Shown here one piece after another: positions 12,602-25,520 of a stretch of 64,000 bases of DNA (position 1 is its first letter; every line of letters starts with the position of its first letter). The notes beneath the pieces were generated by a model. It saw only the letters and a list, made by a program, of their open reading frames with translations, had not been told where the DNA came from and did no database searches. The stretch spans positions 182,832 through 246,831 of the forward strand of contig ML992506.1 of assembly GCA_010093995.1 (NCBI GenBank), read 5' to 3'. Made by a program: the position numbers and the translations under genes. Source of the stretch: Elsinoe ampelina. Lineage: Eukaryota.

Positions 12602-13091
12602 ATTGCTACAGATATGTTGATAGGACCGCCAGCGATATCGGAAGTTTGACTCGTTCCAGGAGGAGGGGCAAGACCCTATTTCTATTCGAACAGGAATTCG
12701 ATGTTCTACGATCTATACAAGAAATGGATGTTGCACGATGAACAAGGTCAACGAGGATTATTCGGCCAGGATGAGGAACTTGGTGTGATGAAATCTAAAA
12801 TGGTACATTGGGACTTTTTTTTCTCGTTAGGCTAAGATAACAACCAATTGCATCATTCCGAGGAGACGTCGTCCGGACCGATCGTTCAGCGGCTCAAAAA
12901 ACAGATTGCCAAGACCGAGGCAGAACTCCGCGATCATCTACAACCCTTGTCTTTGAGCTCCAGCTCCGAGTCTTTCTCTCAAGCGCATGTGAAGCCATCC
13001 CCGTCGACTACCCCTCTTTGCTGCTTGGCTACACCTTCCGACAGTCACGGTAGTCGTCGTAGTTACCTCGACCATCGGAGGAAATCGCATC

Positions 13092-15003
13092 ATGCCGTCG
13101 CTGTACGCCAATCTTCTCGACCCGAAGATCAAGAATGCGGCCACCATCTCTGGCGAACCGGTGAAATATGAGTTCAAGAAGCAGGAGGAGCCGCAGGAAG
13201 AGAAGAAGAAGCAAGACGGTAGCTAGTTACCCGGCATGCGCTCATGAGAATGGCGAAACTCACTTGAACCTCCACCATTAGCCGCTCTACGCTTTCAACC
13301 AGTAAAGCGACCAGCAGTCACTCAGAAGTCAAAGCCGAGACCGTCTGCGGCATCCACATTCTCAAGCGCAAAGTCACCGGACAATGTTGACTCTACGAAG
13401 AACACAACTCCTCAGCCGACATCTGAGGGCGGGCAGAAGGTCACACTGGATCAATTCATCACAAAAGATGATGACGACGAAGGAGACCCTTTCGCCGCCG
13501 AGTACAATCGCCGCATGGAAGAGGCACGGCGGGCAAACAGACGTGGCGGAAGGAAGAAGAAAAAGAATCAGCGGGCAGGTGATTCGAGATGGGTCGACTG
13601 GGATGCGATTTATGACCCGGCCAAACCCACACGTCTGGACCTGTACAAGGGAAGCGATGAGCAATCTCAGGCTATTCATGACTGGAAGATGCGACTACAT
13701 GCTCACCATTTGAAGGACAAGCCGCGTCATGATCCCTCCAGTGACGAGGAGGATGAGTACTCTCGAAGACCGAAACGTACACTTTACCATTTTTGGACGA
13801 AGGGGACATTTGCTGACATTCATGTAGAAGCTTTCGCCCCTCCTCCAGCTATGTTTGCGCCACCTCCTTCGTATGACACACCTCAAGCGAAAGACACGGA
13901 ATCTCCGCGACCGCCTTCGCCTCCACGAGAAATCGAAGAGCCATACGTCCCACCAGCTCCAGCTGCAGATGTACCGAACGACGCATCTGGAGAAGATGCA
14001 TACACGCGCCGCCTGCGTCTTAGCGGTATGGCTCCGGCTCCGGCATCGCAGAGCCCTCCAGCACCACCACCTTCACACTCGACGGTCTCTCAGCCAACCC
14101 CAGCTCCAGTTTCGTCGCAACAACCTCCACCTCCTCCTCCGCCAATAGATCAAACCTTCCAACCTCCAATCCCAAGTATGCCTCTACCCCAAACCGCTCC
14201 AGAACCAGGCACCGATCCTTCCCCGCCACCTCGCCAGCCCCCCTCAACAACCAGCACCACCCTCTCCTCCGCCCCAGTAATGTACTCCGCCCCCCCTCAA
14301 CTTTCCAACCCCACCCAACCCCCGCCTCCCACCTCCAACGCCCCCTCCCCTCCTGGGGCAGACCTCGAAGACGATGAACCCCGCTCCTCCCGCCCCGGCC
14401 AGCGCGGCTTCGCCAAACGCCTCCTCCAAAAATACGGCTGGCAAGAAGGCCAAGGCCTCGGCGCGTCCGGCGACGGCATCACGACCATCCTGCGCCACCA
14501 GCCTGAAAAGCGCAAGAAACGACCCGACGCAGAGGGGGGCGGCTTCATCGGTCCGTCGGGCGGCATGGCGCGCATCGTGGGCGGGAAGAGGCAGAAGACT
14601 TCCACTTCTTCTGAGGGCCAGGACGCGGGCGACGGAGGGGAGTGGTCCGTCGTCGCGGTGTTCCGGGGGATGCTCAAGGGGGTGGACGTGCAGAGGGAGA
14701 TGGCGGAGGGGACGTTGATGCAGGATATTGGGGAGAGGATGGGCGAGTATGGTGTTGTGGAGAGATTGTTCCTCGAGAGGTCAGGGGAGGATGAAGGGAG
14801 GGGTACCAGGGTGTTTGTCAAGTTTACGAGCGCGCTGAGCGCGTACCGGGTAGGTTATGCTTTGGTCCGGGGTGCCAGGGCGATGTGCTGATTGAGGCTA
14901 GGTTGTGCAGGCGAGTAATGGGAAGGACTTTTTGGGGAATGGGAGGGTGGTGGAGTCGGGATTCTTTGACGCGGAGAGGTTTGATGAGGGGAGGTATGAT
15001 TGA
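13092..15003 (+). CDS. G-patch + UHM/RRM splicing factor, SPF45/RBM17-like (multi-exon)
   Basis: MPSLYANLL start, LRFQP, WDAIYDPAKPT, SGEDAYTRRLRLSG, G-patch GFAKRLLQKYGWQEGQGLG, C-terminal RRM YGVVERLF...VFVKFTSALSA; last exon ends TGA at 15001-15003. Confidence 0.85.
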
Positions 15004-15465
15004 GATCTCAGCCCGACAAGGGGCAAGAGGTGCTGAGGGGAAAGGTGTGCTCAGCAGTGCATCCACGCCCTCGTGGCCTCCCGAATGATGGTGTGGTCAA
15101 GTCACGGCAAGGCATCAAGATAGGAAAACACGAACAGGATACCCATTACTAGTTTCAGTCCGTCAAAGAATCAAAAAAAAGTCAATTCAACTCCCCAAAC
15201 CATCGCCAGAGGGTATCTAACATACAATCTTGATTCACACCCATCCCAGAGCGCCATGTGACCCATGTCCGCATCCCCTTTACCACAAGTCTTTGACCCA
15301 TGAACGATCTAGAAAGCCAGTTCGGACTGGCTGACTGATTATGCGCTACCCTGTCCATCGTGGTGAATCCCGCTTTTTGATCCCCTGTACTCCTCCGCTA
15401 TGCTATTCGTGGTCGACGTGCAACATGGTGATCCCAGACCCTTCGCACATGTCGTTGTGGTCATG

Positions 15466-18033
15466 CTATGCCGCTCTTGGACTTGGTTTCCTTCCATTCA
15501 TGCCGGGACTCTCCATGCCAGAGGGGCCGAAGTGAGAGGCTTGGAAACGCATGGTCTCGGCCAAAGGTGGTGGGGGCTTTGCTGGCAACGATGGCGCCGC
15601 GAACTTGGCGATACTGCTCTCTCGTGGTAGACTGCCATTCTGAGGGGATGGCGTAGCCTTGTCCTTGTTGGCATGCTGGTTCATACTTGGCTGTGGTCCA
15701 TTCGGTGTGTAGACTGGCTGAGGCAGAGGATGGGTCAGATTCTGAGGATTCGGCTGTACCAGGGTGTGATGTGGTGAACTATTCACATTCGACTGCGAAG
15801 AATGCTGACGCTGCAGGTGCTGAGGAGTGCTGTGTGAGGCGCTGGCATGAGACATGGCCGGAGAGTATGGTGCCGCGAAAGGGGGCCGGTAAGGCGAAGT
15901 GCTCTGAGTTGGAACGAATGATTGGCTTTGCGGGTTGAAGTACTGCCTGTTGAAGCTTCCTGGCAGAGGATGATTAGGATTTTGCCGCTTACCACTTCCA
16001 TTGCTGTGACCGGGAAGCATACCGTAAGCGTACGGCTGTTGGACCATCTGGTACGGCTGCCCTGTCTGGTACGAATGACCATTTTGATATGGCTGTGGTG
16101 GGAATGGACCAGAATATGGCTCCGCGTAGCCCTGCGGCATTGTTGGGTATGCTGGATAGGCTTGCATTTGGTTAGGCGATCCATACTGCGGGGAGTGACC
16201 TTGTGCCATTGGATTGACGTATCCGGGCATCATGTTAGGTTGCTGGATCGACATGTTTTGCATCTGATTGGCCAAGTAGTACTGCCCGTATTGATCCTGA
16301 GACCACGTTTGGGGCATTTGAGGCGGCTCCACGTAGTACTGCTGAGGCTGCCAGTGGTGTTGCGCCTGATTTGGGTCCATGTGTGGTGCGTAACCATTTC
16401 CGTATGGCGACGGTATGTACTGGGGATGCTGACCATGTTGACCAGGATGCGCAGGGACGTTTTCGACATGCTGGTATGGTTGCGCTTTCGAAATTTGCGC
16501 GACGCTGCCGGGTGCGTACATGCTATAAGCGGACCTAGCCTCGAATCCGTCCTCACTATCGGTGCGCTGCTTCCTGTTGTTCTTCTTCTTGCCGACTACA
16601 GAATTCGAGGTAGAGTCATCCTTGTCTTTGGTCGGAGCGGCGATGGCAGCAGCTTCTTCTGCAGGTTTGGCGGATCCAAGAATTCGTAGGCGAGCGGCTT
16701 CGTAGCGGGCTTCACGCTCTTCACGGGTTGCAGGGAATTTGTTCTTACCTACATCTGATCCACTATCACCATCCACAACGCCCTCGCGGGAGCTAGGTCT
16801 CGTCCCATTCTCGCTTCGCCTCAAGATTTTCATCTGTGGCATTGGTGGTGGCGGCGTGCTAGCAGCCGTTGACGGGTTTGTAAGGTCCGATAGACGTGGT
16901 GGACTGTGATCATTAGCCGATGACTCGTAGCAGTCAAACTTGAGACTCACATCCGACTGCTGGGTATCTTCCACAACCGGACGGTCGCCGATGACGTGTC
17001 CAGAGTATGCCCAAGGAGGTAGTAATCTGCCATCTTGTGTGCAAGCATGCGGTAAAACGAATTGCATTGTGGAAGGTCGAACATCTGAGCGCTGTGATCG
17101 GGGTCAGTCAAAGGTCCATTTATTCAAGATAGTCGGTGACACTTACGAAGGATCTTTGACAAAGTCTGTGATATCTTGCTCCAACTTGAGTACCCACACA
17201 CGGTCGCGGACACTGCTTAGAGCTTCAATCAATTTCTCGTCAGGTGGGAAGCTCAAACTGTTTGGATCCCGGTTTAGCGTTACCGAAACGCCGTTCAGGG
17301 CATCCGGAACAGGGATTGGTGAAGGATTGTACAATACATCTGGATTGGGTGCGCTTGTCGAGTTCATGCGTACCAATGGACCTGGTTGTCTTGAAGCAGG
17401 ACCCATGATCGAAATCTCCCTGAGCTGTTCGCTGAAAGCTCGTGCGCCAGAGTCCGATCCAATCCGAGACGAAGGTTGTGTTGAGCCACGACCATCATCC
17501 TCCTCTCCAGCTTGGACGCTTGCGCTATCGTCTGGTCGCAATGATTCCTTCTCGTCCAATGGAAAGGTTGTCCCAGAGGTAGTGCTTTTCGCATCAAAGC
17601 TCATGGACGAAGGCGGTGGTCTCATGGAAGGGATTTTCTCCACATTCTCTTCTGACACTGGCTCCGCACCGGAAGTCTTGAGCATATTATCGGCAGTCAT
17701 GGCGTGCATTGCTGTGAGCGGTTGAGCACTCGTAAAGGTGCTGGCGAGGGCAGATTTCGTCTGCCGTGGAGTGAACTTGTCCATGTCCAATCCGCTCTCA
17801 ATCTGATCTGTTGCTTTCGCGGCGTCATCGCTCTTTGGTACCTCGAGCACCTTGGGCGATAGGGAATGAACCGGGGCTGGTGGGTTCGCGCTTCCTCGTG
17901 CAATGGCAGGCGGCTTCACATTCCCAGATGCCGCAACCTGGGATCGATCAGCATGGTCCAATCCACGGTCTTGTGTCTCTCCAGCCCGCACCTTTGCAAA
18001 CGTAAGTTTGGGTTTTGTAGCGTCTGTAGACAT
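15466..18033 (-). CDS. R3H and SUZ domain RNA-binding protein (multi-exon)
   Basis: DRVWVLKLEQDITDFV, then spliced LPQCNSFYRMLAHKMADYYLLGH (R3H), MKILRR...TREEREARYEAARLRILG (SUZ), Q/P/Y-rich tail. Confidence 0.85.
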
Positions 18034-18614
18034 TATTGTCGTTTATCGTCAAGTTTACTAGGTCGAAAAAGAGGGTCGTGTAAAAACGGTGTGTGCTGAC
18101 CGGTTCCAGTGGAAGAAATCAAGTCGTCGCAAGAAGTGAGGATATCAAAGGACCAGTCGCTCAAGGAGAAGTGAGAATGTTTGTGAGGAAGCGCCAGGCA
18201 TGGTGCATGATGATCCGCTCCTCTCTGCTTGCGCCTTGCTCTTTGTGACACCGAATGAATGCCTGAATTCCTGGCTGTGGTTCTCAGATGGTCGTCAGCT
18301 AAATAGTCGTGCTGCAGATTGTCGATTGGATCTTGTCGCAGTGTCTCGCTGCTATCCAGTCTGAGAACTGGAGGATTCCAGCTTGCGATGTGGCAGTATG
18401 GAAAGGTGACACAGGTGAAGTTGAATTCGGAGATCTGAAGTTGCGGAATTCAATGCCAAGAGTGCGGCTCCTGCCCTCTGTTCATCAAACTCTATGCTGC
18501 ACCTGAAGCATTTACGGTCACTTGCACACACATGGTGTCATTGATTTTACACGTGTGATTAGTGTTGTCATGTGCTGTTATCCACTATGTACATCTATAG
18601 CACGAGATTGGTGA

Positions 18615-21404
18615 CTAAAGTGGTGCTCCCGCAGCTTGATCTTCCGCCTCAATCAACGGCCAGCTCACATATAAAGCTTCCTCATCAGCATCTCTACGCT
18701 TGGGCTCTTCCTGACGAGCCGCTAATCCATCTTGAACCCGGTATTGCTTCCTCAGCCGCAGTAGCTGTGTCCTCATGTTCTCCCCCTTTTCGTTATTCCA
18801 GCAACCGTGCTCGATCATCTTGTCCACACACCATAGAGCTGCGTCAATATCGTGCACCCGCTTGTACGCGTACAACATTGAGATCCAATGCCTGTGATCA
18901 ATGTCCTGATTGTGAGCCAGCATCTGCTCGAGCACACGCTCAGCGTGCTGAATGTGATCGTTCGTTGGCTTTGCGTGCCGGCAAAGGAAAAAATGAAGAA
19001 TGCTGAGCGTTGTTCTCGTGGGAGGCGAGAAGCCAGTGGGCTTTCCACGAATAGGATTCTTGGTCCTCGAGCCGTCCGTGGACTGCTGTTTCTCACTGAC
19101 CAAGGTTTCGTCTGCCGTGACAGATTCATCCGGACTTGGACCACCTTGCGAAAGGACTGGTTCCCAGGCGTCTTCCTCCATATTCCGAACCACCTCGGTA
19201 ACCCATTGAATGCCATTCATATGCGTAGCGAACCAGGCAATGAATTCATTCGACAAATGATCGGATTGCAAAAGCTCTCTGAAAGGGCTACGGCCTAGCT
19301 TAGCAAGATGTCTGATCAGACGGTAACGAAGCAAGACGTCCCGGACCCTCGGCTGCCCATGAGACAGCCATGCTCGTATGACTATGCCAAGAGGTGGTGC
19401 TTCGGCAGGCATGATCGTCTTTGGTTGTGTCGTCTGCTGTTGTGGTACCATCTCTAGTGCCATAAGGCAATCGTTGTTGAAGAGCTGATTGTATGACTCT
19501 ACAATCAGCTTGAATGTGTCCGGACGTTCGACCTTCTTGTGGTGGCGGTACAACGCATCCAGCACTTCAGTGGCGACGAATTTCGATGTCAAAAGAACGC
19601 CCATTCGGAGAGCTGTCTCAATCACGGCAGCCAAACGTTCACCTTCCTCAGGAGCAAGCTTACAGGCCCGGATCAAAGCGACGAAGAGGTACTTGTCGGG
19701 CTCGACTTTGTTCTCCAGAATCATGTTGTAGACACGGAAAGCCAAATTCGCATCTCGCGACCGTACCGCATTCAGCATGACAATCGTGCAGACCTGGACA
19801 TTCAGGTTGATGCCGGAACTGACGAGATGACCCAGAGCCTCGACACAAAGCTGACCACCGTCTTTCCGTCGCATCGCGCGGTGCATGATTGTGAAGCAAG
19901 CCTTTCTGATCAACTCATGATTGAACGTTGGAGTCTCGCCAATCTTTCCAAGCTGCTGGATCGCTGCTTCCAAGGTGTCTTCCTGGCTCGCCAGCTTCTG
20001 TATCACGTGCAGCCGAGTGTTGAGCGGTAGTTTGAACTCTGCCTTTTCAAGAGCTTCCAGGATCAGTATCGTGGTTGGCCCAGTACAAGTCTTGAACAGC
20101 CATGCCAGATGCGATCCGTCGACATGAAGTGGGTCGTACTGAGGACGTCTCGAGACATGAGCAATGCACTTGCCAATGTTGACTTTCAGCTCCTGGTCAT
20201 CCAGATGAGGGGCTGTTGTGGCTCTGAGAATTAAATACTCGAGAGCTTGTCCAACCATATACTGAGGGGGAAGGGGTCTGACATGAGACTTGCGCAGGAA
20301 GAAGAAGGCGTCATCAGGCGAATGCTGCAAGATCCAAAGAAGAGCCTCTTCCCAAACACGATGTCTGCGTTCAGACACAGAACTCAAATCTGCTTGAATG
20401 TGCCTGGCTCTCTTTTGGCCAAAGAGAACGTCATGGGCCCATTTCTGGGCTGCAGGATCCAATTCGCCAGGTTCCTTGAATGATTGAGGTTGCAGCCCCG
20501 TGAAGTATGGTCGTTTCAATCTTGCCATCCAGCGCAGCCATTTCCAGGAGAAGTCTCCAAATAGGTAATGGAAATCAGTTTCGCTGTCCGTCGGCTTCGT
20601 GTGGTCGAGCTTCCACCATCTTCGGCCAAGTCTAATCGTCAGAGTATGCTCACTGATGGACACATCTCGGAGGTATCGCTTCCTCCTGGCCGTCGCTTTC
20701 CTAGCCTGGAATCTCTCAAGAGCCTCCTGGTAAGTGCTCCTCTTCCTCGTCTTGATGAAGGACATGCGGAAGCGTCGCCCACGAGGTTCTCGCTGACTTA
20801 TTACCTTGACTGTGCCCTTTTTGAACCATCTTCTCCGTCGTACCAGTCCAGCTCGCTTAGGATCTTTTATTCCTTTAGCATCAGTGTTTGGAATGTCACG
20901 CTTCCCAGTCTGCTGATCCAATCCAAGAATTGCTTCGTACCATTCGTCAGCACGATTCCGGGGTGTTTTGTTAACGACATGGTTGGGATTCCAAAAGTCC
21001 TTATCCGAAAGCTCTGGTGCCTTGTACTGGTCGAACACTTTGATGATCTTTGGACACGACGTGATGTCCTCTTTCTTCTTGTCCTTTCGCTTGTCCCGCC
21101 ACATGTAAGTCGTCACGGAAAACTTTGTCCTGTCCTCGATCGCGCACGTAGTCCCCGCTCCTGGTCTTCTCGTTGGCGTGCTTTCCGGGGCTTCGATGTG
21201 CTGTACACGGGGCTTTTGAGTGTCGCAGGAAGAAATCCGTCCATTATCACTAGTGCTACGGCCATCTTGACGAGTCGCAGCACTCGCGTGCCTCCTTCCA
21301 GTGAACTCGGGCCAAGGTTGAAACACTCTCGGAGCTAGCCAGGGTAAAAGAGGTCGCGCCGGGTCATCGATGAGGCATTGGATCTGTCGACGCCATAGTG
21401 TCAT
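18615..21404 (-). CDS. Pentatricopeptide-repeat (PPR) protein, probably mitochondrial
   Basis: 929-aa ORF with PPR-like helical repeats (VCTIVMLNAVRSRDANLAFRVYNMILENKVEPDKYLFVALIRAC; HWISMLYAYKRVHDIDAALWCVDKM) and a basic N-terminus. Confidence 0.8.
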   Translation of the reverse strand: MTLWRRQIQCLIDDPARPLLPWLAPRVFQPWPEFTGRRHASAATRQDGRSTSDNGRISSCDTQKPRVQHIEAPESTPTRRPGAGTTCAIEDRTKFSVTTYMWRDKRKDKKKEDITSCPKIIKVFDQYKAPELSDKDFWNPNHVVNKTPRNRADEWYEAILGLDQQTGKRDIPNTDAKGIKDPKRAGLVRRRRWFKKGTVKVISQREPRGRRFRMSFIKTRKRSTYQEALERFQARKATARRKRYLRDVSISEHTLTIRLGRRWWKLDHTKPTDSETDFHYLFGDFSWKWLRWMARLKRPYFTGLQPQSFKEPGELDPAAQKWAHDVLFGQKRARHIQADLSSVSERRHRVWEEALLWILQHSPDDAFFFLRKSHVRPLPPQYMVGQALEYLILRATTAPHLDDQELKVNIGKCIAHVSRRPQYDPLHVDGSHLAWLFKTCTGPTTILILEALEKAEFKLPLNTRLHVIQKLASQEDTLEAAIQQLGKIGETPTFNHELIRKACFTIMHRAMRRKDGGQLCVEALGHLVSSGINLNVQVCTIVMLNAVRSRDANLAFRVYNMILENKVEPDKYLFVALIRACKLAPEEGERLAAVIETALRMGVLLTSKFVATEVLDALYRHHKKVERPDTFKLIVESYNQLFNNDCLMALEMVPQQQTTQPKTIMPAEAPPLGIVIRAWLSHGQPRVRDVLLRYRLIRHLAKLGRSPFRELLQSDHLSNEFIAWFATHMNGIQWVTEVVRNMEEDAWEPVLSQGGPSPDESVTADETLVSEKQQSTDGSRTKNPIRGKPTGFSPPTRTTLSILHFFLCRHAKPTNDHIQHAERVLEQMLAHNQDIDHRHWISMLYAYKRVHDIDAALWCVDKMIEHGCWNNEKGENMRTQLLRLRKQYRVQDGLAARQEEPKRRDADEEALYVSWPLIEAEDQAAGAPL

Positions 21405-21673
21405 ACGTGAAGTTCCCAGAGGCGACTGTCACATATTCGGACGTGATCCGACATGTACGTGCTGAGAAGAAGCAGAGTGAAGTCGGGCAATCTCCATAGA
21501 AATAATTTCACGCAGGCCCGTGCTCACCTCCGACAAAGTCCGCATATCGAAGAGCCCTTCTTCACTTCTCACACTATATACGCATTCGGATTTTACATCT
21601 TCCCCCCCAGGCTACCCGCCGCCGCTTTGCAGGACTCCACGATCCATCGACACATCCTCGACCAACCTCCATC

Positions 21674-22342
21674 ATGTCAACCACCACCCTCTCCGCCGCG
21701 TCCTCCGACCGCAAAGCCCGCCTCGCCCAACTCAAATCCCTCAAACGCAAAGAACCCCCCTCAGACACCCCCCTCGACGCCCCCGAGGACGACTCCTCTC
21801 CCCGACCCGCCAAGTCCCCACGCACCTCCCCCTCCCCCGAACCAACCCCCAACCCCCACCTCTCAGGCCGAAACTTCGACCCCCTCACCCGCGGCCCCAA
21901 ACTCGGCTTCTCCCTGGCCCCGACCGCCCTCTCCAACACCACAACCCTCGAATCGCGCGCCTCCGCCCTAGCAGCCGAATCCAAAGCCGCTCAAGAAGCG
22001 GAAAAGGCCGCCCAAGCATCGGGCCAAGACGCGCCCCTCGACCTCTTCAAGTTACAGCCCAAGAAGCCGAATTGGGATCTGAAGAGGGAGTTGGAGAGGA
22101 GGATGCAGCCGCTTGAAGTCAGGATGGAGAATGCGATTGCGAGGTTGGTGAGGGAGAGGGTGGAGGGGCAGAAGAAGGCGGCTGTTGCGAAGGGAGAGGC
22201 AGTGGGTGGGGATGGGGAAGGGCAGGAGGAGGTGGGGATGGAGGGGAATGTGCTTGTTGAGGCGACGAAGGAGAGGGAGAGGGAGGAGGTCGAGGAGAGG
22301 GGGAGGGAGAGGGAGTTGGAGGCCGAGTTGGAGGCGCCTTGA
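21674..22342 (+). CDS. cwf18: Cwf18/CCDC12 pre-mRNA splicing factor
   Basis: DRKARLAQLKSLKRK, LSGRNFD, LDLFKLQPKKPNWDLKRELERRM..LEVRMENAIARLVRER. Confidence 0.92.
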   Translation: MSTTTLSAASSDRKARLAQLKSLKRKEPPSDTPLDAPEDDSSPRPAKSPRTSPSPEPTPNPHLSGRNFDPLTRGPKLGFSLAPTALSNTTTLESRASALAAESKAAQEAEKAAQASGQDAPLDLFKLQPKKPNWDLKRELERRMQPLEVRMENAIARLVRERVEGQKKAAVAKGEAVGGDGEGQEEVGMEGNVLVEATKEREREEVEERGRERELEAELEAP

Positions 22343-22812
22343 GGTTGGAGGGGGTGGGTGTATGTGCTGGATTGTCGGATTCGAAATCAGTCTCATTGAA
22401 GAGGCTGAGGTATGCCGTCTCCTCGGCAGAAACAATGTCGCTTGCCCCCCAGAGTAGATGGGCTGAGCATGTCGCCACTATGCAGAATCATAGCAGCATC
22501 TGGTCCAGCGTCACGGCCGGGCTGAAATGGTTAGTGTGGCAGAGAGAAGTGGGCAACCCGCCAATGGTGAGCACTTGAACTGCTAGCGGATCTAAACGCA
22601 GGAGAAGATGATCAAAGACTATTGGTATTCAATACATTGACATCATCCAACATACCTATTAAACACCTAATCAATTCGCACCTTGGGTATCGTGAACGCT
22701 CTATTACGCCTCGCAAAGCAGACCACGCGCTCATGTCCCAAGTTGCCTCGACAGCTCCATATATCCAGCGCCTCGCGGCAAATATATACTCATCTCATCG
22801 AATCGCCCCCAA

Positions 22813-25520
22813 TCACGTCACAGTCCAAGCCACCAACCCCCCACTCCCCACCGCAACCGTACATAGCATCACCCCAGCCGCCGCCCAAACCCAGCCCCTC
22901 AAATGCTCCCCGCTCCTATACAGACTCACCGTCCCCACAATCGCGAAACACAAACTCACAGCCACAGCGAACAAAACCCCCGCGTCCACCTCTCTACTCA
23001 ATTTCTTCCTCCCCGTCGCCGCCAGCACAAAAGCCACGAGCAGAATACTCACGCTGGCAGCGAAGCACGTCCCGCTGAAACGAGGCACGGAGGCCAAAGC
23101 GCGTTGAGTGGCCGTCTCGGTGTCCAGTCCAAGGCCGACACCGGATGAAGGACCATAGATGCGGGAGATGCGGTAGTTGAGAATCTCTTCGTCGTCGGAG
23201 GATTCGTAGTCTTCTCCTTCGCCCGAGGCTTGGGAGGAGAGGTCAGGGGAGTAAAGCAGAGGTTTGGTCTCCGGGTTCTTGTTGCGGCGGTTGTCGAAGA
23301 TGGATTTGACGTTGACCCAGATGCGGTCGAAGATGGTCTTTTCGTTGGGGTCGAGATAGATGACGTAGGCATCGTCGTCGTCAGTGGCGTCTGGGTCGTC
23401 GTACTCGGAGTAGTAGCGTTGGTTGATGAGTTTGGAGCCTTTGACGGGAGCGTAGGAGTTTTGACGGGAGCGAGTGATGGCCCGGTGGGGGCCTTCAAAG
23501 ACTGGAGAGGTGCGAGCCTTCTCTCGTGATTGCCTGGCTTTGAGTGTTGGGCGCTGCTCTAATGGCGGCATACCTGCTTCTGATGAAGTCGCAGTCGACA
23601 TCTGAGGTGTGGTTGATTGAGAACCGAACTCCTGGCTAGCCTTGTGTAATGAAGATGGTTTCGGCTGTGGGACCTTGCGAAGGTCTTGCGAAAGAAGTGG
23701 CAGCCAGAGCGGTGGGCTTACATCGCTCAGTTGGGTGGCTTGCCATATCGCATGATGTTCGAGGGAGAAGCCAGGAACACGCTCGACCTGGAAGTTAGTT
23801 AGCGTGGCCACTTGTTTCTCGTAAGAATTTCCTTACAAGATGACTGCTGTTCAGGATCTCAGACAGATCGATTGCCTGAGATCCTTCCTGACGCACGCGC
23901 AACACTCCATGTGGAAAAGTCGCAGTGGCGTTACCATCAGTCTCTGAAGCTGCGCCAGATTGGAACTGGATGTTGTGATCGAGAGCAGCAAGGAGTACAC
24001 CAGTGGTGTTGGTCGACACATTGAAGAACCGCGCACGCTGTGACGAGACGGTGGTGATCGGCCTAACATCAGGATGTGATTTTAACCATTGCTGAAGATG
24101 CTCGACCGAGTCCGAAGAGGTCGCCGCAGACCCTCCGAACGGAAAGTGCTGGATCGCTGCCTTTTGCGATGGTAATCGTCCTTTTCGATCTACCAATGAC
24201 TCTGTGAATTTGCGCTTCACTGCACAGCTGTCGAGCTGAGTTGCGCCGCTCTGATCATCCTTCTTCCATGCAAGTAATGCTACGTCGTCTTTTGTGTTGC
24301 AGCGAGCATGTAAGGCTGCCTTTTGTATCGGTGCGTCCCGTTGTACTTCGACTTCACTGACCGTCTCTGAACCCAGCTGCGTCAAGAAACGTTTTGGCTC
24401 ATCTGCTATGATGTCGAAGGTATCTGCGAGTAGGAAGGAAGATTGTGTTAGGCTGGGTGAGTTTTGCCCTGATGGTGCTGACGATACAGATGGCTGCCTA
24501 CAGCAGGCATTGAAAGATCGAGTGTACTGAGATAGCAAGACTTGGAGTTCGACAATGTTTTCTGGGTGGACCCAATACACAGCATTCTTGCCCTGGTCGC
24601 CTAGTTTGAGGGTGGCTATGAGGTGGTCAAAGTCAACACGTTTGCCCTGGTCGAGCACAAGCCGGACATTAGCAAATTGTGCAGCTGCTGCAGAGGCCCG
24701 ATCTGGCCATGTGCGATTTGGTGTCTTTGGTCTTGCTTGTTTCTTACTCTGGCTTTGCTCGTATAATGATCGAATGGTATGAAGCAGCTCTTCGTAGCGA
24801 TCCAGGAACGGTTTCAGATCTGTAGCCGTAAACGTTGATCGTCGGTGCTTGATCTCCTCATCGAAGCGGTATCCCAATTCTGAAGACCCCGTCCACTTCC
24901 TGTACTTCTTGATCAGTTTGCGAAAAGCCTCCTGTTGCACGCCAATGAATCGCGAAAGAGCCTGGATCTCCTCTCCGACTCTGCAACTTGTCAGTCACGG
25001 TCTATGATGTAGCTGCGCTGTCATACTTGAGTATGTCCGACTCCACCCTGCCATATCTTTCCAGTCGCTTGACGGACACCCTGCCGACCGGAAGATCACC
25101 TGGCTGTCCTCCAAGTCTCGCAATCTGTTGTTTGAGGTGGGCTATCTCATATCAGCCTGTGTGCCATTTTCCACGAGTTGCCTGATTTACCTAGCCTGCT
25201 CTGGATCTCACCAACCTTGCTCCGTACAAACCAGGTTATCCGTTCATCCTGCTCCTTCAGAATTGAAAAAAGCTTGTCCTCAAATTCGGCAGCAGTGGTG
25301 TCTGTAGAACCAGGTATGGCGACAGCTTTGCCTTTGCCTGGGCTTGTGTTGATTTTTATAAAGTGTTTAATGTCCTTGTAGTCGATGTTGTCTGCGAGTG
25401 GGTCAACATACATGCATCTTTCACATGCAGAGCAGGAACTCCGCCGGAAGATGTTGGTGAAGCCTTACGGGTCTGCCATGCTGGGATTGATCTCTGGTTG
25501 AGCGTCTCTCCGTATTTCAT
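22813..25520 (-). CDS. SPX-domain protein with degenerate VTC-like middle and C-terminal membrane helices (multi-exon)
   Basis: MKYGETL..RSIPAW / NIDYKDIKHFIK / FVRSKVGEIQSRL / QQEAFRKLIKKYRKWTGS (SPX); YWVHPENIVELQVLL; VERVPGFSLEHHAIW; three hydrophobic segments at the C-terminus. Confidence 0.85.
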
